A DNA stretch of 64,000 nt from NCBI RefSeq assembly GCF_006345805.1, contig NC_043008.1:4588001-4652000 (forward strand). Direction: 5' to 3'. The position numbers were made by a program, and so were the translations under genes. This document shows positions 49,780-62,285 of the stretch, one piece after another (the first letter of the stretch is position 1; each line of letters opens with the position of its first letter). The notes under the pieces are model-generated. The model saw only the letters and a program-made list of their open reading frames with translations, had not been told where the DNA came from and did not search any database. This stretch comes from Octopus sinensis. Lineage: Eukaryota.

Positions 49780-51860
49780 ACATTTTCCACCTTATTTTTG
49801 ACATAAGCTATGGTACTTTCAGAACACATTCCTTCATAGATAAATAGGTCTCCTAGGTTACAGAAACCATCAGCTGAGGAGTCCTCTAAGCATCTGAAAA
49901 ATTTATTTCATCACTGCTCTTACAACTAACTGCTCTTGTACATCTGGGGGCTCCCTGTGATCCCACAAAACTCTTGTGAACCTGTAGTTTATACAGGGTA
50001 AAGTATGGAATTCCCACCTCCCCTTTTTCATGTGGCTACATCTTCTTTACTGCCAACTTTGATAGGTATGCATGACTATGTCGTTTAAGAAATTCACTTC
50101 CAAACCTCATGTTTTGGGGTTCAGTCCCCTTGTGTGGCACCTTAAGCAAGTGTATCATATTATAGCCCTAGGGCACCAATCCATTTTGAGTGGATTTTGT
50201 TGATGAATACTGGAAGAAGCCCTTCATATATGTGTGGGTGTGTTTATGTGTGTGAGTGTTCCCCTGTCTTAAAATCATGTGACACTTCTGAGCAGATGCC
50301 ACCATCGTACGAGTGGTGTTATGTATTTCCAATTTCCTATGAAAGCACATTTGACCAAAGGTAAATATTACCTTACTTGAAAACAAGTGAAGAATAGGAG
50401 TTAGACCATGTATCCAGCCATGGAAAATCTGCCCCAATGAATTCTGTTTGACCCATTCAAGCATGAAAATGTAGATGTGAAAATGAGATGATTTGGTTTA
50501 CATTAAGACACCTTAATTCTAGATTTTGCTCCCTCATTTGCAATTTCTTCTTTATATTCTTCCACACAAATTCAGTTATTTGAACTAAATCACTGGCAAA
50601 CAGTAGTTCCTGTAAACGTCTGATCTGTACTTGCCAGGAAGGCTATAAACTCATCTGTACTTGCCAGGAAGGCTATAATAAAGAAATGGGGCTGAGAACT
50701 GAGCCTTAATGTGTACACTGATGGCTAGCTGAATTTTCTTGCATTATTGATGACACTTCTGTACATGGCTTGCGTGGTTCTCACAAGTCATTCATCTGTC
50801 CCTTCATTTTTTAGTGACCACCATACTACAGAATGTGGAATCCCATCAAAGGACACCGCCAGATTGACAGGAGCTTCATAGAGTGACTTACTCCTAGCTA
50901 AGTACTTTTGTTACTTCACTTGGAAGAGGGTATAATTAGCACACAATCTATGTATAAACCCAAACTGTAGCTCATCTAGTTCTCTTTTTAATCAGATAAG
51001 CTTTCATGATTTAATCATGTTCATAAATGTCAGCGGGTCCCAATGTTGAATTTATTGGGTGTAAGTTTCTTTATTTCTTATGTATTCTTCTGAGTCAACC
51101 ACATTTCGTTGTAACAACTTCCATGCCTCCTTGTCAGATCAGGGAGGCTGCTCCATCTGCACCATTACAGGCACATTTATAAAAAATGCCCTTCTGATCC
51201 ATACTGATACATATTAATACACTGCTTGGCAACATAGAATACTCCACTCTCTCACATTGCGGAATATTAGCAAATCATTTACTTTCTGCTTCTTTTAGGT
51301 GTATGCCTGACATCCAGCTTCTTTTCTAGTTTCCTAATATCATTTCTTGCTTCCCTTCTTTTCTTTCCAAACTTTTTGTTAGATTTTATGATTGCACAAT
51401 TCCACAAGCATTCCACCTTCAATCTAATTAGAACATGGTGCTCAACAAATTTTCTGTAGAAACACCCAGTTGTCTCTATTTCCTTCTCCCCAACATACAA
51501 ACCACCTTATACTTTGAATCTGTATTGGTCTGAAGGATTTTTCAAGTTCCATAATTTATTTCTCAAGATTATCAAATGCCTCTGAATCTAGCTATTACTT
51601 TGGTGTCACTTATCACAAATCTAAATTCCGTGGTGCATTCTTCATAAAGAAAAACTTCAGTATTTACAATCAGCCATCCTCTATGCTGTAAATAGGAAAC
51701 ACCTTTAGCTGGTTAGTTTCCTGAAATTAGTGTAATGCCACAGAAATCCAGGGGTCTTGATCATTCCTAATTCTGTGTGTCAAGATTGTAACCACCATCT
51801 CTGGTAGGATAGCTGCAAGCCCCATTCCTCGATTTTGGTAAATGCCAAACAACTTCATAA
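49780..51860 (-). mobile_element. Longest decayed RTE-clade LINE in the window (endonuclease 3' part through RT), interrupted by a SINE
   Basis: Minus-strand in order: LDFC..TNFRKLTS, EECTTEFRFVISD, WNLKNP, ELDELQFGF, KYLA, FDGIPHSVVWWSL..G.DE*LVR..QAMY, GSVLSP, ELLFASDL (YADD as FASD, 50589-50600), DGFCNLGD. Confidence 0.82.
50055..50490 (+). mobile_element. SINE family B inserted in the RTE copy
   Basis: Family A head (GGGTTCAGTCCC..GTGGCACCTT) plus RTE-type tail (TATCCAGCCATGGAAAATCTGCC..GACCCATTCAAGCATG..ATGAGATGAT); colinear with 20368-20770. Confidence 0.75.
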
Positions 51861-52119
51861 CATGCACCAAATAAAAACTTGCATTTCTTTTCTTAACATG
51901 TATTTCACACTCGATTTTTTGGTTTTTTTAATATTCCAAACTGCTTAATGAGTAAATGTCAACAAGCTTTGCATAATACTTTGACACACTCTAATCGAAT
52001 CAAAAAGTTTTCTCTCGTTACTGATTCAAAAGTTTGATGTATAAATCTAAGTTTATTGGATTCATTAATTGTATTTCTTGAAAACTGGTAAAATGTGTAA
52101 TTCAGAGTTGCAGTTTCTG

Positions 52120-52270
52120 CAAATTGGCATTAGGAAGGGCATCCAGCCATAGAAACATTGCCAGATCAGACTGGGCCTGGTGCAGCCTTCTGGCTTCCTA
52201 GACCCCAGTTGAACCGTCCAACCCATGCTAGCATGGAAAGCGGACGCTAAACGATGATGATGATGATGAT
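52120..52270 (+). mobile_element. Well-preserved RTE-type 3' tail with (GAT)n
   Basis: GGCATTAGGAAGGGCATCCAGC..CCCATGCTAGCATGGAAAGCGGACGCTAAACGATGATGAT, near-identical to 3000-3130. Confidence 0.88.
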
Positions 52271-52423
52271 ACATACATACATAAAATGTATGTATATAAT
52301 GATGAGATTGCCATCTGCAGCTGAACTACAATACAGATGAAATGTATGTCCATTGTATATTGCTTCCCTTATTCCCTTTTTCAGTCATTGCACTGGGGCT
52401 CTGCTGGGGAGTAGGCTTGAAGG

Positions 52424-52555
52424 GTTTTATTCAGCAGTTAATTACTTCTTTTCATTTCTGCACCTACACCTGTTTCTACAGCAATTAATGTACACTTCTT
52501 CAGAAACAGGTGTAGGTGCAGACATGAAAAGAAGTGATTAACTGCTGAATAAAAC
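52424..52555. repeat. Near-perfect inverted repeat: 54-bp arms, 24-nt spacer
   Basis: 52424-52477 is the reverse complement of 52502-52555 with two differences. Confidence 0.95.
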
Positions 52556-52584
52556 TGGGTATAAACCTCTGTTCTCCTTTATTC

Positions 52585-52631
<47 letters not shown>

Positions 52632-53229
52632 TGGAGCCTTTGAATTTACAAATAAACTTAAATGAATTAGTATTTTTACGTGATGTCATGTACAACATGT
52701 AGACTGATAGAGATCTCTTCTATTATATAGTAGAATTTGGTTACCATGTTGTTTTCTGGCACACTTAGTTGGCTAAGAAACCATAGAAGATTCTTCAGTA
52801 TAGATTTAGGATAAAAGCCAAGTAATATTTGGAAACACTTCTTTCACAGAAGATAAATGTAACATGTCAAAGGCATGAATTGAACTGAACAGGTTAAATT
52901 CAGGTAAGTAACTAAGTTTATTTGCATTCTGCAAGATGTATACTGGTATTGTTTGAACATTACTTCTATTAAAACAGTCTTAGTAAGCAAAACACGCTTA
53001 TCTCTGCAAATACCTGCATGTTTACTTATAAAGTGCATTCGTTACTGAGATTCAGAATTCTTAAACTCTTAACAGTAGCTAGCATTTTATCTATATATGA
53101 ACATTTATGCAGTACTTTCAAAATACTTAGCGTAACAGTAACCAATGGGAAAGGTTCTACTTGGTTGTACCAGCTTTTAGACATAGCAGCCAAATTTTCT
53201 TTAATTCATACCTTAACATTTTAATAAGG

Positions 53230-54950
53230 GAATGACATATAGGGTAATGTATTCCTAGATGGGATTTGTTTGAAAATTAAATGGGAGGATCATGAATGGA
53301 ATGTCTTTGACCATACACCTGCTCAGTCAGGACCAGTTTGAGACAAAACAACTTAGAGTAACCTATAACCATTTCTAAGAATGTAATTCTTATTAAAAAG
53401 AACATGTATGCATGGAGGTGAGGCTTCATGCATAAATGCATGTATCTGTGTGTGCATGTACATGAGTGTGTGTGTGTGTGTGTGTGTGTCCATGCTTATA
53501 AATGATGTGTGTGACAGAGAGAGAGAATGAGGTTTTATGTATGGATGTGTGTAATTGAATTGTATGTATGTTTGTGCATATGTGTGGGTGAAAGCTTGTA
53601 TATGTTTGTGAATGCATACATACATGTGTACATATATACATGTACAGATTCTGCTTATACAGATGTATATGCTCATATGTGATTGTGATTGTGAGTGTGT
53701 GTGTGTTTTGCACATGATGTGTGAACAATTGTGTGAAGTGGGATTTTGTGTGTAAATAAAAGCATTTTCACTAATCTGGTTAGACAAATAATTTATCATC
53801 GTTTATAAAACAAATCCTGACAAGTTAGAAATGTTCTGAGTTGCATACAACAATGAAACTTCTACATGGTCATTGAATTTGCTGGAAATTACAGCCAAAC
53901 TTCCCATGTTTCACTGTAGTATTTTCTTTTAAATGAAATACAATTGGATAATGTAGTCCTATTTCTGAATAAAAACTGGATTGTCACAGTTGATCTCTGG
54001 TCTGCAGTTGATCATCAGGACTAACCAGGGGCTAAGCAGCAACAACAACATTTATGGCAGAGGCAGTGTGTGAACCTCTACAGATTCACTGACTTGCTAG
54101 AAATAACAGCTAAATCTCTTTCTCACCACATTCTACCATTTTAGAAAATATAAGTTGCCTAATGTAGTCTAGGGTACATTATTCCTGAAAAGAGTATAGT
54201 TGCCGCTAAAATGCCTTTCGTCATAGGTTTGCTCAATCAACACTGACCTGGGGTTATACAACAACAACAATTTTTTTTAATGACAATTAAGCTATTCGTC
54301 TGTCACTGGGTTGATTACAAATAGATTGAAGTACTTTGCAGAAGAGAACAGCATAATGTTTGCAAGGATCTTCCACAACTTTATTTGGTCTAGATAAAGG
54401 TTCCTGGACCTCCTCTCAAACTCCATCCTCTACACTAACCGCTTTTCCCTTTGCTACTAAACCTGCTAGAAACAGCAGCCAATGCACTATGAAATTAAAC
54501 TTCTTGAAAAAGAAAGGATGTACTGAAAGTATAGTTCTAAATGCTCCCTAAAGAAGACAAAATGGTAATATTCCTTTATAACAAAATGGGAACTTGTGTC
54601 AAAACTATGTTGGTAGACAATGTGTTCAGATGATAAAATGCCTTAGTCTACACTCCATCAGAGTTAAGGGTTCCCCAGACTTTATTCTTTAAGTGTTTAT
54701 ATCAAAAACCCTTAAATACATGCAATGTAAAAGGCCTTTAAACTATTGCTCAGTATGTATGGAAAAGAAAATCTCTTGAAATGACACCCTGCCAGCTTAA
54801 AAATATAAGGATCTGTTGGATGGCATAGTCCCAGGTACACTGTCTAAAAGAAAGATGGGAGATGAATGCAACTGGAATTTCTTTGGTCATAAATCAGCAC
54901 AATCAAGATGACATGCAGTAAAACAACAACGTCAACAACAACAACATCCC
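53230..54950 (+). mobile_element. Cluster of five same-orientation family E repeats
   Basis: Copies at ~53230 (3' part), 53860, 54070, 54440, 54750 with CTAGAAA(T/C)A.CAGC.AAAT, GGATAATGTAGTC, GGG.(C/T)TA..CAACAACAAC motifs. Confidence 0.78.
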
Positions 54951-55774
54951 TTAGATACATTCAATGGTTTCAACTCCAAAATTGTTCTATAGGTATGTAT
55001 GACTTTCAGTGACTGGCTTCTTATCTTTTTCATTACAGGAATTCATGTGGGGCACCAAAAGGTTTTTGCTTTCTAACTGGGCTACTAGAAGTCTCGTTGT
55101 TTTAATCATACATTTATTAGGTATATTCTTAATCAGAATAATTGACTTATTGCCTCTCATTTTATTGCATACAAGGAATGGTAATTTCCTGCAAGCTCTC
55201 TGATTTTAATGGCTCTCTCCATTACTAGTTAATATCTTAATCTTGGCCATGTTCAACTTTGAACTCTATCATTTACATCTATAATTAGTTCTTATTAAGC
55301 ATAGCTTGATTAGTTCTACAATAAAAACCATGATTAATATTGTAATTAAGAATCTCTTCTCCAATATATCTTCACTGTTATCTTTGTAGCAATTAATAAT
55401 GTTTTGTCAATCAGCTGAGATAAAGACTTCCTACACAATTGGATTGACTAATTGATCATGAATATAGATAAGTGGACTTACTACTAGAACTCTTAGTGAC
55501 TACAGGTAGTGTGGACCAACAAATATTCGGTGGAATAAACTACACCAAATAAAATAAATTCAAGGGATTAGAAGTAAAGTAATTCTAAAAGCTGATCCTT
55601 TTAATGGAGGTGAAAATCTAATTGTTCCTTGTATAATTATTTTAATTTCTCATAAAAAGTGGGGATGTAATTGATTAAGCAGTAAACTTTTATGCTTAAG
55701 TCCTTCTCGAATGAAGACTCTTGTACAACATGAGTACAGATACACACAGAAGCACACTACAAACACACACACAC

Positions 55775-55848
55775 ACACATGCTCACACACACATGCTCAC
55801 ACACACATGCTCACACACACATGCTCACACACACATGCTCACACACGC
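55775..55848. repeat. Minisatellite (CACACACATGCT)-like, about 5 units of 12-14 bp
   Basis: Direct reading. Confidence 0.9.
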
Positions 55849-57439
55849 ATGAATTCAAATATTAAGATGTTAATGTCAATAAAAAGCCTCTAATAAAAGC
55901 ATAATGTTGACCATGTTGATACTTGCATATTAAATAATTTCTCATAAAAACGAAAGCAATTAATTAAAAATCTATATACGCAGGTGGGGGACAAAATCAG
56001 TCAGTAAAGTCTTTGACAAAATGCCTTGTATTTATTGAAAAACCTTTATGCTCTCACTTCAAATTTCACTGAGGTTCACTTTACCTTTCATCTTTCTGAG
56101 GTTGGAATAAGCTCTGAACAATAAGATGATTACTAGAGTTATTATAATGGACTTTGTCATAGAATTGACTATGTAATCCCCTACACCATTTCCATGGCAT
56201 AGTCACATCCAATGACTGATGTCAGTAAAAGAATATATGCTCAATATCATAAACTCTTTTAGGAAATGTAATTAAATTCTTTTGACTAAAGGAAAAGAGA
56301 TGTCATTGTGTGAATGGTTTCCTCATTAGAGTATGCAAATCTTAAAGGTCATCTTAATGGAATTTAGTTAATGGATTATGTGTACAATATGTCTCGTTAT
56401 GTACAAGCTAAATATTGTGCTCTGCTCAAATATACTCTTCTGTGGGTAACGAACATAATGCTTAATTATATCGACTTTAAACTATGGAGTAACAATAACA
56501 TTTAGGCACATAGAAACTGTGCAGAGGCCTGTTGTGTATGCGTGTGTGTGTGTGTATAAATTATATTATATTATATGTATGTCATATTATGTTTTAGTAC
56601 ACATATATTATAGCATGTACATACGTTTGCATGTGTGATAAAATGTGTGCCATTGAGAGCTTTCTTGCATTTTTCTTTTGTGGAAAATATATAAGCAATA
56701 TACATTATGATGATACATAACAAGCACCTACTTCATTTTTGTTTATTTTTGCACCACAATTGGTGATCCCTACTTATAGATCTCCAATGGGCCAGTCATT
56801 GATTCATTGCATTTCAGATGGTGATTGTGACAAGGGAGTGTTAGCAACTGAGTGTGGAAGAAATATCACAAGGAACTTTGTCTGAATAGCACTGGTTTTA
56901 GGGGTTTCCTGCAGATATTTACCTCTCATAAATATATATCAGTGATGTGTGTGTGCATGCGTGACAGACAGACAGACAGACAGACATCCATGCAGCCTCC
57001 ACCTTTTAATTCCACCTAGAAGATACAAGCCAGCCCAGGTCTTTTCTAGAAGACATCTACCTAAGCTACCAAGCAGTGAGATCAAATCTAGAACCATTGT
57101 TGAAAAGGAAACTTATTCAGCATACAGTCCTTTTTATTAACCACATTTCTATAACAATTTGAAAACTTTAACCCTTATCAGCCATGAAGAATATTAATTG
57201 ACACCATTGGATTCAAAGGCATCAGTTCGTATGCATTCTTCACATCTGTAATTCCTTTCTACATTCTTAGGTTGTTGTTGTTTGACTCCAGGTAGACTGA
57301 TCAAGCAGATCTACAATCAAGGGCATCCCAGTTCACCACATTGTTATTAGATTAGCTTAAAAACTTCAGTGTTGGAATTTTGACCAGCTGCTAGTAATTC
57401 TGTAATACAAGTGTAATAATAATAATAATGATAGTAATA

Positions 57440-57825
57440 AAGGTTTCGAATTTTGGCAGAAGACCAGCAGTTTTGGGCGAGAGGCTGGATGATTACCTTG
57501 ACCTCAAAAGAACAAAAGCCAATGTCAACCATGGCAGAATCTGTACTTAAGACGTAAAGACGGACAAGATGCCATTAAGCATTTTGTTTGATCTGCTAAT
57601 GTTTCTGCTGCTTGCTGCCTTAATAAGGTGAGCAATTTTGGGGGAGAGAGTAGATTGATTACACTGACCTCAGTAGTTAACTGGTACTTAATTTATTGAC
57701 CTTAAAAGAATGAAGGGCAAAGTCAACCTTGGTGAAATTTGAACTTAGAACGTAAAGACGGACAAAATGCCGAAAAGCATTTTGTTCAATGTGCTAATAT
57801 TTCTACCTATTTACTGCCTTATTAA
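57440..57825 (-). mobile_element. Tandem dimer of family C SINEs, reverse orientation
   Basis: ACGTAAAGACGGACAA.ATGCC..AAGCATTTTGTT..TGCTAAT occurs at ~57553 and ~57750. Confidence 0.8.
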
Positions 57826-57959
57826 TATTGATAATAATAATAATAATATCATGTTACAATTCTGCCATATAATACAGCTGGTATGATTCTACATTATTAT
57901 GTAATACAGCTAGAAAAATCATTCCCACATAAAACTGTATTCAATCTTTATCTATTCTG

Positions 57960-58540
57960 AACTGAAGCTTCTATGTAGTCACTGAACTTGCAAGAAGTAG
58001 CAGTCAAATCTCATTCAAACTAAACCATACCATCAAATAAAAGATAAAATACAAAATAAAAAGAACACACTGAATAATCTAATCCCAGATAAACTGTATC
58101 TGAAATAAAATAAAATGATTGGATGACCACATCTTGATCAGGGCCAATGTGGAGTCAAACAACAACAAACAAAAACAAGGACAAATTGCATATATAATCC
58201 TAGATGAATGGTTACAGATTGAATGTTCTTGATTATATCTGTCTGTTAGCACTAAAATTAATAATTTAATTAAACGGTTAGATTGTAAGTATCCTCTCAG
58301 TTGAAACAAATTATGAAATACGTATTTCATGTTGATTTTGCATCACAAAATGAATAGCAATGTTAGAAATGGCTGCCAAATGTCCTTCAAATCCTATCCT
58401 TTCATCTTAAAAAGGAAGGTCATTTTTATATAATGTAGTCTTAGATACTTCTAAAAATATGGGACAGTCATGGCTGGAACATCTTTGACTATAGGTTTGC
58501 TCAGTTGGTGTTAACCTATGGCTGAACAACAATAACAACA
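57960..58540 (+). mobile_element. Two family E repeats (~57960-58170 and ~58350-58540); another at ~62600-62800
   Basis: TTAGAAATGGCTGCCAAAT..TAATGTAGTC..GGTCATGGCTGGAA..GGCTGAACAACAAT. Confidence 0.75.
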
Positions 58541-59769
58541 ACCTCATAAATACCAGTTTATTCTTAATGAGTTCTTTCTTGCATAATAAACTGCCGTTTG
58601 TCATGCGTAGTTCTTCTAACATTAATTAAGTCCAGTTTTTTTAATTGATTGATTAATTGAATTTTTTTTTTCCTCTTTTCCTATGATGGTGGCCAATTCC
58701 GTCTGATATTTATCTTCTGCAAGGTTTTCGTGCTCTGTATCTTTGTTGTTGTATCATTTATTTATGTCAAATATTTTCAAAGTCCAGTCTTATACAAACA
58801 TTCTAGCATTGCTATCAAATCGTTGGTGTTCATTCACTCTTTGAATTGGTTCTGGCAAGATGGCTCTACCCATGATGGTGCCACATCCATCTTCTTTGTT
58901 CATTTTCTACAAGAATTTGATTCAAGATGAATTATCTTCTTCAAATAATTTTCGACAAGTGTTTTCTACTGTAGCTTCAGATTGTTGGTCCATGCCTTGG
59001 GAATGACATGCAGAAACTGTATAATAGTCAAATAAAAAACTATTTGAAAGTTCATTGTGTGTGTGTGTGTGTGTGTATTAGTAAGGAATTTAATAAACTG
59101 GTGCATCAAAGTACCTTGTTGCATTTATACTGCTCTGGTTGCACAGACAGTCCTTTGTCGCACTCTCGTGATTGAAAATGCAGGATTGGACAGGTTCACA
59201 AAATCCAATAAGAAAAGTAAAGTATATAGATGTCCAAGAAAATTTAAGAAAAAAGCTGGAATTTTTCTTTATATAGGGGATTAAGAATAACCCACTGTTA
59301 ATTTTGGTAAATAACAGCATATATTATGTAAATATCTTTATAATTTATGTAAAATGCAGTTTTCTTTTAATTTTTGCCTTGAGTGTAATTCAATGACCAT
59401 TTTTGTTTATTTGGTTTGACTGCTAGTTATAGGTTTTCTTAACTTGTAAAATATTTACTCATTCTTAGAAAAATTGCTACAAATACAAAATTCGTTTTCC
59501 TTTGTGCATACTCTGTCTAAAATATTTACTCTTTTACCATTTTGGTGAAGTAACTTCCTATGTTAAAAAGGTTTCCAATTCTTTTCTATCTTTCATTGTT
59601 ACCAAGGAAAGCAAGATACCTGTTTTCACCCCTTTATCATACTTTAACACTAACTTCTCACCACCTAGCATCAATCAACTTTCCTCAATACTACACCCAC
59701 CTCCCTTGAAGAGTCTTGTCTTGCAAGTCACTTGGTAGCTTCATTAGTGTCATTTAAAAGGAACCCAGT

Positions 59770-59930
59770 CCACTTTGCAAAGGGATTGGCATTAGAAAGG
59801 ACATTCAGCTGAAGAAACCCTGCCAAAACAGACATTAGAGTTCATGGCAAGTTCTCTGGCTTGCCAGCCCCTGTGAAACCATCCAACCTAGGCTAGCATA
59901 GAAAACTAGTGTTAAACAGTGATAATAATG
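59770..59930 (+). mobile_element. Decayed RTE-type 3' tail (a reverse one lies at ~62985-63075)
   Basis: GGCATTAGAAAGGACATTCAGCTG..AAACCATCCAACCTAGGCTAGCATAG. Confidence 0.7.
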
Positions 59931-61750
59931 AAGTACTATTTATATTTTCAAATTTCAATTTTATTTTATAAATAAAAGCTTTCAGTGATTCATGTGAATT
60001 TTATAATGTAAATGACTATATAACGTATGTGTCATCATATATCTGAAATTATCCATAACAAATACTTGAGACATAAACTATAAGTTAAAACTTAAGTTGG
60101 ACATAGGTGGTGGGTTCTAAATTCTGTATGGACTTTAATATAGCTTTTCATTTTATGTTTTTCATTAATTTATTTCTAATGCCTGTGTTTTCCAATTAAT
60201 TTTGAAAATAATCAAGTATTTGAGGAATGTAGTAAAATAACTTTTCCCATTATTAAGTTGATGTTTGGCACACAGATTATCAAGAGCTTATTAAATAGAA
60301 TTATGATCAGAAACTGTCTTAATTGATTTCTATGTTAATCAGCTTGTGAGAGAGAAATGATTTACTTTATCTGTAAAATGTTTATTCTAAACAAAAACTG
60401 GTTGTCTGCTTTTGATTCAGTGACCCCTCAAAGTAATGGATCCGAGTTGTGTGAAATGTCAGTGGGGTGTAGGTATTCATATGCATGGATCCCTTTTGAA
60501 AGTTTTATGTAGCATTTTCCAAATAACTTGCAAGACCTTTCCATGTTTAATGAGCTTCTAAAACTTCGAAGACTTCCCATTTGGAATCAGTTTTCTCCGT
60601 GGGTATAGATAGGTGCTGTCAAAGTTCAATGCTTTCGCTTGATTTATTATCCTCAGATTGTATAACGTTCTAAGTTTCAGGTAAAATTTGTTCCATAAAT
60701 TATGTAGAAGCCACGGCATAAAGCTTTACTACTCTCCTATGAAAATAACTCAAAACATCGGTTTAGGGCAGTTACATTATCATCTTTAGAAGTAGCTTTA
60801 TGATCGTCAAGGGTTCAAACCCTTAACCTGGACTTCAATTAGATTTAACATACTTCCAAAAGAGATGTGTTTTTAAGGTTTAAGTGACTAATTAACTGAT
60901 AATGTTTTCAGAAATTAATCAGTATTTATCCCGTCCTTAATTGATTATATCATATATTCAATAATATCAAACAGGATATTTATAAATAGCCTAAAGATGC
61001 CATCTATAGGCAAAAAAAAAAACAATAATCAAGTTAGTGATAATGTATTTAATGCAAGGATCATGACAAGGCTGACTGGAGATAATTAAGCAGTAAAAAA
61101 AAAGAAGAAAAAAAACATTATGAGTGAGTGGGTAATCTTTCAATTACAAAGCAGATGACCACCATTTGAGTTTCTCATGGCTTATGTAATACATATATGA
61201 ATATTGTCTTTTACTTGTTTTGATATATGACATTGACCAGTGTCCTTTTCTAATTTTTAAAGAAAGATTAGAACTTATATAATTGTAAAATATTAAAGGG
61301 AAATGAAAACATTAGTGAAATTACTTTTTAAACATTTATAATAAAAATTGAAAGTTAAGAAATGGTAAAATGCGAAAGTACTTTGATTAGTTTTTCTTGC
61401 AATACATGAACAACACGAACAACATTGCTTTCATTTCTTTAAAATTTTAATTGCTAGACTGGCAGATCAAAGTGACAAAGAAGTGATTCTAAGTTTAAAG
61501 ATGAAGGCAGGAAGTATGAGAGGAATGACCATAATAAACAAAACTTGTAGAGAGTGGGCAGTAGGCTTTCAGCAAGAAGCATATTTAAAATGAACAATAA
61601 AAATCAACATTTTTATTAAAATATATCAAAACTGGAACTTTTTAGATTTTACAATCATTTTTGATTGAACCAAAATGTTTATTAAAAGTTTAGTTAGATG
61701 TCTAGATATACTTGTATTAGCATCATTATATTTAAGAAGTACGGAAAACT

Positions 61751-61795
61751 TCTTAAAACATGTTTCAATTTTTTATGGCCTCATCAGTGAAGCAC
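61751..61795 (-). ncRNA. Candidate minimal type-I hammerhead-like motif (decayed)
   Basis: Minus strand CTTCA CTGATGA GGCCATAAAAAATT GAAAC ATGT T TTAAG: canonical CUGAUGA, GAAAC, self-complementary ACAUGU helix III, 4/5 helix I pairs; helix II eroded. Confidence 0.35.
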
Positions 61796-62069
61796 ACACT
61801 TCATTATATTGCCAAAATAGTGATAAGAAAATTACTTTGTAAATGTACTTATGAAAATATACTTGCTTAGAGGTAACAGGATCTGTAACATTAATTAAAA
61901 TTATCTTGACGAAGTGATTTGCAGTGAAAGATTTGATGTATCAAAGACTACAGAAAAGTGTGATGTAATCAATTGCACAATTGCATTTGTCCTTCAGAAA
62001 CTGATGTAATGTAAAAAATATTATATTCGAAATAGCAAGTAGCTGGGCCACATTCTTTTATTCTTTTAC

Positions 62070-62285
62070 TGGTTTCCAATCATCAGACTAACTCCACGCT
62101 TCAAGAGTATAGTTGAATTATTTGATCTCATGGCTCATAGATTAGTAATTATTTTCTTAATCCCAGAAAGATGACAAAAAAAGCTGACTTTGGTGATATT
62201 TGAACTCAGAATGTAAAGGGACAGGATGAAATGCCATAAGACATTTTATTCACCCCTACTGATTCTGCTCGTCTATATCTTCACT
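62070..62285 (-). mobile_element. SINE with family C head and family A-type tail, reverse orientation (similar at ~38080-38235)
   Basis: ATTTGAACTCAGAATGTAAAG (reverse-complement family C B-box region) linked to TTCTTTTACTGGTTTC (reverse-complement family A terminus). Confidence 0.6.

Noticed and set aside
58690-59030. Possible decayed RTE C-terminus on the minus strand (QRRWMW)
   Set aside because: Only one weak motif; could not align flanking signatures.
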